NCBI RefSeq assembly: GCF_001194135.2
Contig: NC_068983.1
Location: 109,880,118 to 109,928,080, forward strand
Origin: Octopus bimaculoides
Taxonomy: Eukaryota
Length of the DNA stretch: 47,963 bases
Reading direction: 5' to 3'
The translations under genes were made by a program, and so were the position numbers. The first letter of the stretch is position 1. Every line of letters starts with the position of its first letter. Below are positions 37,731 through 47,963 of the stretch, one piece after another. Under the pieces are notes generated by a model. It was not told the DNA's origin, searched no databases, and was given only the letters and a program-made list of their open reading frames with translations.

Positions 37731-37892
37731 TATAGCAGCGACTCCATCTCAGAATATCTTAAGAAGGAATTGTATTCCGAAATATCATCGGACTATGGAT
37801 AACTAAATTACAACAGGTGTATAGTCCATTGTTTGGGATTATAGTGCATTGAACACTTTTTTCTTTACATACAATACTCTCATATCTGTATG

Positions 37893-37923
<31 letters not shown>

Positions 37924-38929
37924 NNNNNNNNNNNNNNNNNNNNNNNNNNNNNNNNNNNNNNNNNNNNNNNNNNNNNNNNNNNNNNNNNNNNNNNNNNNNN
38001 NNNNNNNNNNNNNNNNNNNNNNNNNNNNNNNNNNNNNNNNNNNNNNNNNNNNNNNNNNNNNNNNNNNNNNNNNNNNNNNNNNNNNNNNNNNNNNNNNNNN
38101 NNNNNNNNNNNNNNNNNNNNNNNNNNNNNNNNNNNNNNNNNNNNNNNNNNNNNNNNNNNNNNNNNNNNNNNNNNNNNNNNNNNNNNNNNNNNNNNNNNNN
38201 NNNNNNNNNNNNNNNNNNNNNNNNNNNNNNNNNNNNNNNNNNNNNNNNNNNNNNNNNNNNNGCGGACAAAAAACAAGACAGGAAAACAAACAGAAGGCTT
38301 TACGGCCAGACGAGAAAAATTATGTGTGTATGAACGCGATGAGGCACGGAACCGAGAGAGACAAAGTGGTGGCGTGTGTTACTTGGCGAAAGCCAAGGAA
38401 GGAAAGGATTATATATATATATATATATACATATATAATATATATATATTATATATACATATATCTTATATATATATATGAGTTGTGAAGTATACTAATC
38501 TCATCTAGATCCCTGCATTTTCACGTAGTAGTAACTTAGTGGAATAATATGAAAATCCGGTGTTTGCATATAGTAGTAAAATTAGGTGTAAAGTCTGCTG
38601 GGCAACCTTATAATGTTAAAGTAGGTGTAGACCTGGAGGCTAGAAAAGGTGATGTTCCTTACAAAATTTGCAGTTACTGCACATAGTGTATGATAGGATC
38701 TGTTGCATAAGAATTAGTGTTTGTAGCAGTGTAAGTTGTTACATAATTTATATATATTTTTCATAATGAGTTACCTAACAAGGGAAAATCAAGTTCTTTT
38801 AGAAAATACCAATAATTACAAATGAGGAGGGATTAATTCATAATATGAATTGGGAAATAGGATATGTATTGATGAATGGTGTTTTGTAATTTATGTTTAC
38901 ACCTTCCAACAAGATTCTGCTCCGTCCCA

Positions 38930-39161
38930 TAAGGTTAGGACAACCCAAATATGGATCATCAAATCTGTTAATAATGTCCTTACTGTACTTGTTTGTTCTA
39001 AACTTTTCAATGCATAAAGCGCACCTATTATTATAGCTACTATTGGTTTTTGTACATTGAATGATTGACCGTTTGATATTGTAGTCAACTAAGTCCTTTA
39101 AATTCCAAATTGTTTTATGTAAAGCTGTGTTAACAGCCTTAGCTTTGCTCCTAAGGATCAT
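38930..39161 (-). mobile_element. Penelope-like element fragment from the GIY-YIG-side C-terminal region
   Basis: SKAKAVNTALHKTIWNLKDLVDYNIKRSIIQCTKTNSSYNNRCALCIEKF resembles the Penelope pattern TALSKYIWxLK...YxIKWxI...RCxLCxxEK. Confidence 0.7.
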
Positions 39162-39509
39162 ATGTGAGCATGTAATATAGATTTGGTGTCACTTACGTGT
39201 AGCACCTATGTTAATATATCTATCCTGATTCGTAGTCAGTAAACATAGAAAGTCAATGTTGTTCATTAAGCACCTGTTATCTAATGGAATGTGGAGGGAC
39301 ATTTACAATTACACAATCTGTTGAGGGTCCACACAGTGTGAATTTCAGGCTGCTGTGCACAGGGCTATTACCACCGCCACTAAACAAATCACTAATCTTA
39401 TCAGTGGCAGGGTTGGTAGGATTACCAATGTTGTAGTAAGTCCAGCTAATGCTGCTGATAGGGAACTAACATCAGCAGCTAAATGTAAACTGAAGGAATG
39501 ACAAATGGT

Positions 39510-39830
39510 TATGCAGAGACCCGAATGAGGTTCCAGCACTCATGTATCCTAAGTTCCCAGCAAATGTAATGATTCTGAGAGTCACCAGCTATGGAGGTGC
39601 TGTCATGCATCCTCACTTTTTTTTCACAAGGTTTAAAAGTCAATGCAACTGTCTACAGAGGTGTTGGAGAAAGTTGTGAAGCTCTGGATTGACAAAGTCT
39701 GCAATGGAAGACTACACCTTCCAACAAGATTCTGGATATGTGCCAATTTCCATGTCCTCCAAGAAAACATGGCCTCCTATCTCACCCGACCTCAATCTAC
39801 TGTACGGGTCATAGTCAAGATAGAGAGATC
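39510..39830 (+). mobile_element. Mariner-like (maT/DD37D-type) transposase catalytic-region remnant
   Basis: VPANVMILRVTSYGGAVMHPHFFSQGLKVNATVYREVLEKVVKLWIDKVCNGR...FQQDSG...PPISPDLNL, with deletions. Confidence 0.8.
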
Positions 39831-40984
39831 ATTTTCTTTTTACCTCTCTCTTAGTTAAGTATACCTGTTGCTTTGCTACTCTCTAACCATTTGGTATTGC
39901 TCCTTATGGCCATTTTCCTTCCAAGTTTTCCAAGCCTGTCTTTTAGTATTTACCATCCTGTCAACCATATCACATTTGCATCATATTTGATCATAGAAAT
40001 TTACAGATTTTGTCTATGCTACAAGTATCTAAATTATCCTTTCTATAGTCATATGCATCAGTTAGAATTTTTATAAATCTGTTCTCAATTGTGGGATTTT
40101 TAATATCTACATCTTCCTTTTCCTTATTATCTTTTGTTACTGTCTTCCTAGCTCTGACTCTGAAGTCACTAATCTATATTGTATAGTGCATTCTTTTCTA
40201 GGAAAGTAGCTCTTCTCTTCTGCTTCCTGTTGAAAATATAATCTAACTTGTGCAATTGCTGTGTAGATGTTGAGATAGTTGACTGACTTCCTAGAGTGTG
40301 AATTGCAAATTATTATTTAGTCATTTGCATCACAGAACTTCAGACACTTTATGGCCTCATTTCAAGCACCATTTCCATAATCCCATATACGTCATGGAAG
40401 CAATCAACATATCATCCAACATGTCAATTATAGTCACTAGCTACTATGATGAAGACGCTATCAATCATCAATGAGGTATTCTGCAGAAGTGTCATATAGA
40501 AACTGTTCTTCAGTTGATCCCGCCACTGGGACATATGTAGAGACAACTGTTGCTATTATATTGTCTATAATTAGTCTCATCTTAATTACCCTATTACTCT
40601 ATAACCTCAGTTACTTCTTTTCTTCAGCTATTTCTATGCTAACAGTATGCCTACTCCATCCTTGGTGTCATTGCTCACTTAGAGGAATGTGTATTGCTGT
40701 TTCTTACTTCTGAGGATTTAAATTGACGATACCTTTTATCTTAATGCTTACACACAGCACAAATCCACTCTTTGCAGTGCCAACATTTCCACAATATCAC
40801 CAGGCCTACCATACATCTGCGCTACCTTTGTAGTAGCAGCCCTAAAGGTTTAAAATCAACAAAAAGAGGCATTCATTTTCAGGGGGAAGTTGTGTCATAG
40901 TACCCAACAAAATCTTATGTGTCACTTGCATTAAGAGAACAATCAAGTGATGGCATTGCTTCAAATTGAGTTGCAGCCATCATA

Positions 40985-41140
40985 TTATCATCATTTAATG
41001 TCCATTTTCTATGCTGGCATGGGTTGGACAGTTTGATAAGATCTGGCAAACCAGAGGGCTGTGCCAAGCTCTAGTGTCTGTTCTGGGATAGTTTCTATGG
41101 CCCTTCCTAAAATCTACCACTTCTTAGAATGTACCTGGTG
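40985..41140 (-). mobile_element. RTE-type 3' tail fragment in antisense orientation
   Basis: ATCATCATTTAATGTCCATTTTCTATGCTGGCATGGGTTGGAC is the reverse complement of the RTE terminus at 24160-24209. Confidence 0.8.
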
Positions 41141-41522
41141 CTTTTTTTTTTTTTTTTNNNNNNNNNNNNNNNNNNNNNNNNNNNNNNNNNNNNNNNNNNN
41201 NNNNNNNNNNNNNNNNNNNNNNNNNNNNNNNNNNNNNNNNNNNNNNNNNNNNNNNNNNNNNNNNNNNNNNNNNNNNNNNNNNNNNNNNNNNNNNNNNNNN
41301 NNNNNNNNNNNNNNNNNNNNNNNNNNNNNNNNNNNNNNNNNNNNNNNNNNNNNNNNNNNNNNNNNNNNNNNNNNNNNNNNNNNNNNNNNNNNNNNNNNNN
41401 NNNNNNNNNNNNNNNNNNNNNNNNNNNNNNNNNNNNNNNNNNNNNNNNNNNNNNNNNNNNNNNNNNNNNNNNNNNNNNNNNNNNNNNNNNNNNNNNNNNN
41501 NNNNNNNNNNNNNNNNNNNNNN

Positions 41523-41575
<53 letters not shown>

Positions 41576-42639
41576 CTATAAACACAAACACATATATACG
41601 TGTGTGTACGTATTATGTATACATACATGTGTATATATATGTATGCGTTTGGGTGTATATGTAATTATGTATATATACATAGGTGTATTTATACATGTGT
41701 CTATATATGTATGTGTGCATACAAATGTACAGTCTTCCTTATATAAGCATGTATATATATACTGTACATTTGTGAGCTTGTCTTTATTTTATGCCTGAAT
41801 GTGGGATTGCATGAGTACATCTCATAAAAGACACTTTATATGGTATCTTTTATTTTTTTAAACCCTTATCTCTTTGATACTTTTTTCAATTTCATTACCT
41901 TATGGTAATAATACTCATCACCTATGAAATCCACACAAGCATTTATACAGATATGAATATGACCTTTTTTAAAATTACACACACCGTTCTACTTCACTGG
42001 AGTTTCGTGTAGTGGTAGTATATGCTTGGCCATTTCTTACATCCACTCCCGCCTTCAAAATTGTATGTATTTTTTTTTTCCAGTTTTTCTCGTTGAATTC
42101 TTTACAAGAATAAACTTTATAAGCAACAGATAGATAAGTACCCAACTAGAAGGACACTGAACATCTATGTAGCACCTTAGAGTTATGTATTATTCATTTG
42201 GTGAGTCTCTTGACACATGTAGTACAAAACTACCCACTCTATTCCTTTCATTCACAGGTTAATTATCAGCAACTTTTGTAGTGGCAGTCATCTTATTGGA
42301 ATATCTAATTCAATATGGGATAAAGTGTATAATTGAATAATAAACTGTATTGATTGATTATTATCTACTTTGCGTTGTCTATGCAATTGTCTGTACCATG
42401 ACCATACTGGATCTTGCTAATGTATTATATATATGTGTGTGTGTGTGTGTGTAATATACATATGAAATTTAGCTTTGTATCTCGTGTATAGCAAGACACC
42501 TGGGCGTGTCCCTCTATCTCACTTTAGCCTCTCAACTCTTGGAAAAGAATCATCACCCCTCTCAACTCTCAAATATCCCATTCCCCATTAAGTCAAGAAG
42601 GCTTCTTCCCTTTTCTCTTCTACTCTTTTCTTGTCTTGC

Positions 42640-42850
42640 AAGTTACTTGGTGACATTCTTAGTACTGGTGGTACGAGAAAGCACCATGTGCACTCTGTAA
42701 AGTGGTTGGCATTAGGTAGGGCATCCAGCTGAGGAAACCATGCCAAATCTGATATTGGAGTTTGATGCAACCTTACGATTTTCTAGCTAATGTCAAACCA
42801 TCCAACCCAAACAGCATGGAAAATGGATGTTAAATAATTTTGATAAAGTT
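42640..42850 (+). mobile_element. RTE-type 3' tail fragment
   Basis: GTGGTTGGCATTAGGTAGGGCATCCAGCTG...AAACCATCCAACCCAAACAGCATGGAAAATGGATGTTAAA. Confidence 0.8.
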
Positions 42851-43624
42851 GATGTGTGTATGTATATATAAAATGCAAAGCAAAATAAAGATTGCTTATT
42901 TAGTTATGCCATCTTACATGCATTTCACAAACAAAAAGTGGTTATCAGCTTTATAACAAAATATTTAATCAAATCTGTATATCAAATGTTCAGAGATACA
43001 TAGCACACACCCTACATATGTCTGTTGATATGACACCACAAATGGAATGTTTTAAATTATGTAACTGCTAACCATCTATTGTTAAGATGCATGTAAATTA
43101 GGGTAATTAAATATCTTCTAACAATATTTCTAGGTTGGTTTTGTGTACATACTCTGTCATATATGCTATTGCTGATACCAACTAAATAATACATCAACTA
43201 TAACACCAGTATTCTTCAGTTTCCCTGATTACAGAAATATTCATGGAGTTCTAAATATTGGTTCTTCGTTGTGCAGTTTATATTTTACATTGCACTGTAA
43301 AGATATAATTATATACATTTGTATATGGATATGCATATATGTATCTATACATATAAAGGTGTATATGTGTGTGGATCTATGTATGCGTGTGTGTATGTAT
43401 TATACTCTGTGTGTGTGTGTATATATATATAATCATATATGTAAAGGTATATATTTATATTTGTAAATGTTTCTATTTATGGATAGGTGTCTATATGTAT
43501 GTGAACATACACACGTATGTATATATGCAAATACATGTTTACATAAATGTATATTCTGTATGTGTAAAAAGAAAAAGAAACAGCTGTTTATGTGTGTGTG
43601 TGTGTATATATATCTGCATGTTTG

Positions 43625-43660
<36 letters not shown>

Positions 43661-44341
43661 ATTATAAACTACGGTTTAAACAATAAATTACCTGCCTCTG
43701 GATGCCCTCTACCCAAGACGGTTCCCGTACAGGTGATCCCCAGGAGTGCCTCCGGATCTAAACATCCCCTGGTTGCTTGGATGCTTCAGACTACCCCTGA
43801 AGGATTGAGGCAAGCCTATCATTTACCTATATATATATATATATATATATATATCCATATATATAATGGAGGGAGATGAAAATCATCCCAGCAGCAGCTA
43901 GGTAAAACTGGCAGATTCATTTTGGCATTGCTGGGCCTTATCAATGGTGTGTATTCACAGTCATGTACATATTTAGAGGAAATTTGCCATCTCCAATGTA
44001 AAGGGACCATAAAATAGAGTATTCACTGGTATTTCAAATAGTTGCCCAGCTGAATATAAATCTATTATATGCAATAGAACCAGCATTTAAATGAAATAGC
44101 TGTGTAACATAGTCAATTTATATACCTTTTTGAAAAACAGGTTGCTGTGATATTCATCCAGAGATAATATCTCTTACGAACATGCTGTTTTTGAAAACAG
44201 TACATATATAAACAAACTTGTGAAGTGTCGAATGTGTTGGTATTGTACAGACAAGAGAGTAAATTTCGAATACAGTATAGCTGTGAAAACAGCAGGGAAA
44301 GATGGATATTTACCCTTATAATATGGAAAAATGTTGCCAGC

Positions 44342-44415
44342 GGGCAACTATAAGAATTGAACCATGTACCTCTCAGGTACAGGTTGAGTGCTTTACCATT
44401 AAGCTAAATGGCCCC
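44342..44415 (-). pseudogene. tRNA-Thr(TGT)-like pseudogene or tRNA-derived SINE head
   Basis: Minus strand GGGGCCATTTAGCTTAATGGTAAAGCACTCAACCTGTACCTGAGAGGTACATGGTTCAATTCTTATAGTTGCCC. D-arm present, anticodon loop CCTGTAC, acceptor stem 6 of 7 pairs, T-stem broken. Confidence 0.6.
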
Positions 44416-44458
44416 TGACAACAATTACCATCAATTTTAATAATGAATACTAGCTTTT

Positions 44459-44522
<64 letters not shown>

Positions 44523-46212
44523 AACATCAAATTACTTCTACACATGTGGCTGGCTATTAGTTTATGCCATTGATGAGGCTTACCAAAACAAAAATGCATC
44601 TAGTCCAACAGTTTAATGTTTCGAAACTGATTAATGCAGCTAAGTTTGCCTCTCCAGAGTCACCTGTGCAATAATGCTGAAAGGCCTCAAGTCGAAGACA
44701 ACCTTTTTTTAGTATCTTATATGATAAGGTATTCTATGTGATAGGAAAATTTCCAGCTGAAATGGACTTCAATTGCAACACATGAATATGATTTTTGTAT
44801 CTGCAACAAAAACAAACAAGTTATTTGCTGGCTTTAAAAGCCATTACAGGTTCTATGGTCACTGGAAAAAGGGGAAAAACACTCATAAGTATGATAATTA
44901 GTCAATGATGGTCAAACTCCTCTAATGATTGACAGCCATCATATATGGGGAACAGCTTTTCTTTTATGTATGTTTAATTGGATACACAAATGTGTTCAAG
45001 TTTTAGGATTTTCATATTTTTCTATTAGCTTTTTACAGTTGATTACATACAGTATCTTATGCACATACCCACTTATTCACTCTTTCTATGGATTACTTAT
45101 ATTAGCCTCTTCATCACCACTATTCTCACATTTTCCAACTGGTTTAGCCCTATATCTCCTTTGCAGCAAGACCTTTGTTCCTGTCCCTTTATCATAATTT
45201 AACATGTCATCTGGTATAAAGCCACCTCCTTCAACACTACACTGTTTCTAGAACTTCAGTTTCTGAATTTGATATATCTGGCAATTATATTGTTTCTTAT
45301 ATATTAACAGAATTCATGTAGACTTTCCTGTGAAAGGATTTTGACCAAAAATCATGCATCAGCAGTCATGTGTTGAATCAAACCTTGACTGTTTGGTTCT
45401 TTTTTTCTTTTTTTTTTATATTAATATTCCTGTATCAGTAGCCACACGTCAGGACATATGACATAACCATCTCTACTCACCAATACACTTTTGAAACCTC
45501 TATCCACCCACAATTTCTGTTTTTCTTTTGTTTTTGTTTTTTTTTCTCTTTGCTGGCTTCTACTCATGTCATATCTTGAAGGTCAATCCTGACACCACAT
45601 CACTATATCAACACTATTTTTATGTCTTTCCAGCTCCACCCTAGCCACTCCCATGCCTGTCTATAATGTGAATTACCATGTAGCTCATCTACAGCAAGAA
45701 AGCTGTTTTGATTTTTCTTCTTCTCTCTACACTTCAGTCATTCATCCAATAGCTAAATTCCACTTACCATTCTACTGTAACCCCACACACTAATAAGATG
45801 ATGTTAGTCTAGCAGGTTGCATGGGGTTCTCACTAATAACTAGTGTCATGAAAAATGTACTCAGCACACAAGTGGCTGGCAGTTCAAGCCATGCAAAAGC
45901 AGACAGTGGAGCACTGCACAATCTTCAACCACATGTGTGTATTATAAATGAGTAACCCTGTAATGGACTGATGTACCATGTAGGGTGAATGTTGCCCTCC
46001 ATGCTTAACCAATGGGTGGCATTATTCAAAAGCTAAAACAATGCTAAATGCATTGTGACCAGTAGTATATATAAAATCTGACAGTCTGGTCAATGCTGCA
46101 ATATATAAATTAATTATATTACATACATGTATTTGTATGTTCATACATTATATTGCTTTTAATTATTTTTACCAAGGTAATTATATTTTTACTTGGAACT
46201 TGCATTGTACCG

Positions 46213-46378
46213 GGATGCAGGAGTGCCTGTGTGGTAAGTAGCTTGCTTACAACCACATGGTTCCGGGTTGAGTCCCACTGCATGGCACCTTGGGCAAATG
46301 TCTACTACTATAGCCTTAGGCCGACCAAATCCTTGTGAGTGGGTTTGCTAGACTGAAACTGAAAGATGCCTGTCGTAT
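46213..46378 (+). mobile_element. SINE 5' half (12138 family), cut by a microsatellite and gap
   Basis: GGATGCAGGAGTGCCTGTGTGGTAAGTAGCTTGCTTAC...GAAACTGAAAGATGCCTGTCG. Confidence 0.9.
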
Positions 46379-46387
46379 ATATATATG

Positions 46388-46422
<35 letters not shown>

Positions 46423-46717
46423 NNNNNNNNNNNNNNNNNNNNNNNNNNNNNNNNNNNNNNNNNNNNNNNNNNNNNNNNNNNNNNNNNNNNNNNNNNNNNN
46501 NNNNNNNNNNNNNNNNNNNNNNNNNNNNNNNNNNNNNNNNNNNNNNNNNNNNNNNNNNNNNNNNNNNNNNNNNNNNNNNNNNNNNNNNNNNNNNNNNNNN
46601 NNNNNNNNNNNNNNNNNNNNNNNNNNNNNNNNNNNNNNNNNNNNNNNNNNNNNNNNNNNNNNNNNNNNNNNNNNNNNNNNNNNNNNNNNNNNNNNNNNNN
46701 NNNNNNNNNNNNNNNNN

Positions 46718-46885
46718 AATTTAATTCATAGCAAAAGTGACAAAAAAAAGAAAGAAAAAGAAAGAAAGAACCAAAGCACAGGTGTTCATGGCAGACTGGC
46801 AAAATAACATAGTCTGCCATGAACACCTGTGCTTTGGTTCTTTCTTTCTTTTTCTTTTTTTGTCACTTCTGTTATGAATTAAATT
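46718..46885. repeat. Near-perfect inverted repeat with ~80 bp arms and a 13 nt loop
   Basis: ...GAACCAAAGCACAGGTGTTCATGGCAGACT ggcaaaataacat AGTCTGCCATGAACACCTGTGCTTTGGTTC... The left arm runs into the gap. Confidence 0.9.
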
Positions 46886-46954
46886 AATGAATTCAACGGG
46901 ATACACCGTCTGCAAGTAATTGGGTTCAGCATATTATCCTCCATTTTCTAATTG

Positions 46955-46989
<35 letters not shown>

Positions 46990-47097
46990 GTGACAATTAG
47001 TTGGTTGTCATAATGAAACTCATAGTTTCGGATACTGGGGCCGAGGTCTGCCTCCGGCATCTCATCAGTTTTTAGGACAAAACGCTATGAAAAACAT

Positions 47098-47187
47098 TGT
47101 TGAATTAAGGGAAATTATTCCAATAGGCATGGTGAAACTAATACTTCATTCACCATGCCAATTGGAGCAATTTCCCTTTATTCAACA
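47098..47187. repeat. Short imperfect inverted repeat with ~39 bp arms
   Basis: TGTTGAATTAAGGGAAATTATTCCAATAGGCATGGTGAA / TTCACCATGCCAATTGGAGCAATTTCCCTTTATTCAACA. Confidence 0.85.
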
Positions 47188-47688
47188 TTTATTTTACATA
47201 TCAAGGTCTCGGCTTTTTATAGAGAAGACGTGATTTTTCTGTCTCTTCTCTCATTCATGTCCACTGGCGTTCAAAAAAATAGTAATTTTTCTATCATCTT
47301 GGCCTAAGAGCCCTTATTGTTTGTTTTTACTGTCTCACTGTCCTGTTCTTGTTAACACTTTCTTTCACCCTCTGCAAAAAATTCCAAATTTTATTTAATT
47401 TGCTTTGCGGGAAGGACTGTTCCAACGAAGTCACGTATTGTCCTTGCCTTCGAAACGCGGAGTAGATGGACAGGGACAAATGACGAAGGGAAATATTCTT
47501 TATGTTGCATGTCTTGTTTCTGTTTTTTTCATTTTTCGGAAAAAAAAATTCGTTTTCAGTTTTTGTTTCTCATTGTGTTTAATGTTTTTTTGTGATGTCC
47601 TGTACCCATATATTCATGTATGTATACATATAGATATAGGTATGTACATATATGTATGGATATATGCATATATTCATATATTATTTAT

Positions 47689-47729
<41 letters not shown>

Positions 47730-47737
47730 ATGTTTGT

Positions 47738-47939
47738 GTGTCTGTCTTTGTCACTCCCCACCAACACTTGACAACTGATGTTGGTGTCTTTACATCCCCG
47801 TAGGTTAGCAGTTCGGCAAAAAAGACCAATAGACTAAGTATGAGGCTTACAAAGAATAAGTCCTGAGGTCAATGTGTTTGACTAAAAGCAGTGCTCTAGC
47901 ATGGCTGCAGTCAAATGACTGAAACAAGTAAATGAAATA
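47738..47939 (+). mobile_element. SINE 3' half (12138 family)
   Basis: GACAACTGATGTTGGTGTCTTTACATCCCCG...AAGAATAAGTCCTGAGGTC...GCATGGCTGCAGTCAAATGACTGAAACAAGTAAA. Confidence 0.88.
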
Positions 47940-47963
47940 TATATATATATATATATATATATA

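Overview
This is eukaryotic, very AT-rich animal DNA from a gapped draft assembly, with 11 N-runs at about 2602-2700, 9170-9397, 21815-21914, 24298-24443, 26592-27262, 29478-29600, 34153-34761, 37422-37431, 37924-38271, 41158-41522 and 46423-46717. The tRNA-derived SINE families, RTE/CR1/Penelope remnants and dense (TA)n/(CA)n microsatellites suggest an octopod genome (inference). Almost every ORF in the supplied track is a microsatellite or gap artefact. The main gene signal is the 3' part of a spliced plus-strand gene that I cannot name. It has three phase-compatible internal exons (3369-3509, 6382-6557, 16014-16222) and a possible terminal exon (19068-19104). A candidate antisense coding exon (4061-4215, minus strand) lies inside one of its introns. 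The rest is decayed mobile DNA: a full-length degenerate Tc1 element with ~205 bp TIRs, mariner/maT fragments, RTE and CR1-like LINE pieces, Penelope remnants, about ten SINE copies and several inverted-repeat elements. The most notable signals are hammerhead-ribozyme-like motifs (20930-20977, 47010-47075), the nested antisense exon, four long hairpins, and two RTE pieces that look like one element split by an inversion. I see no intact mobile element, no CRISPR array and no clearly novel multi-gene system.
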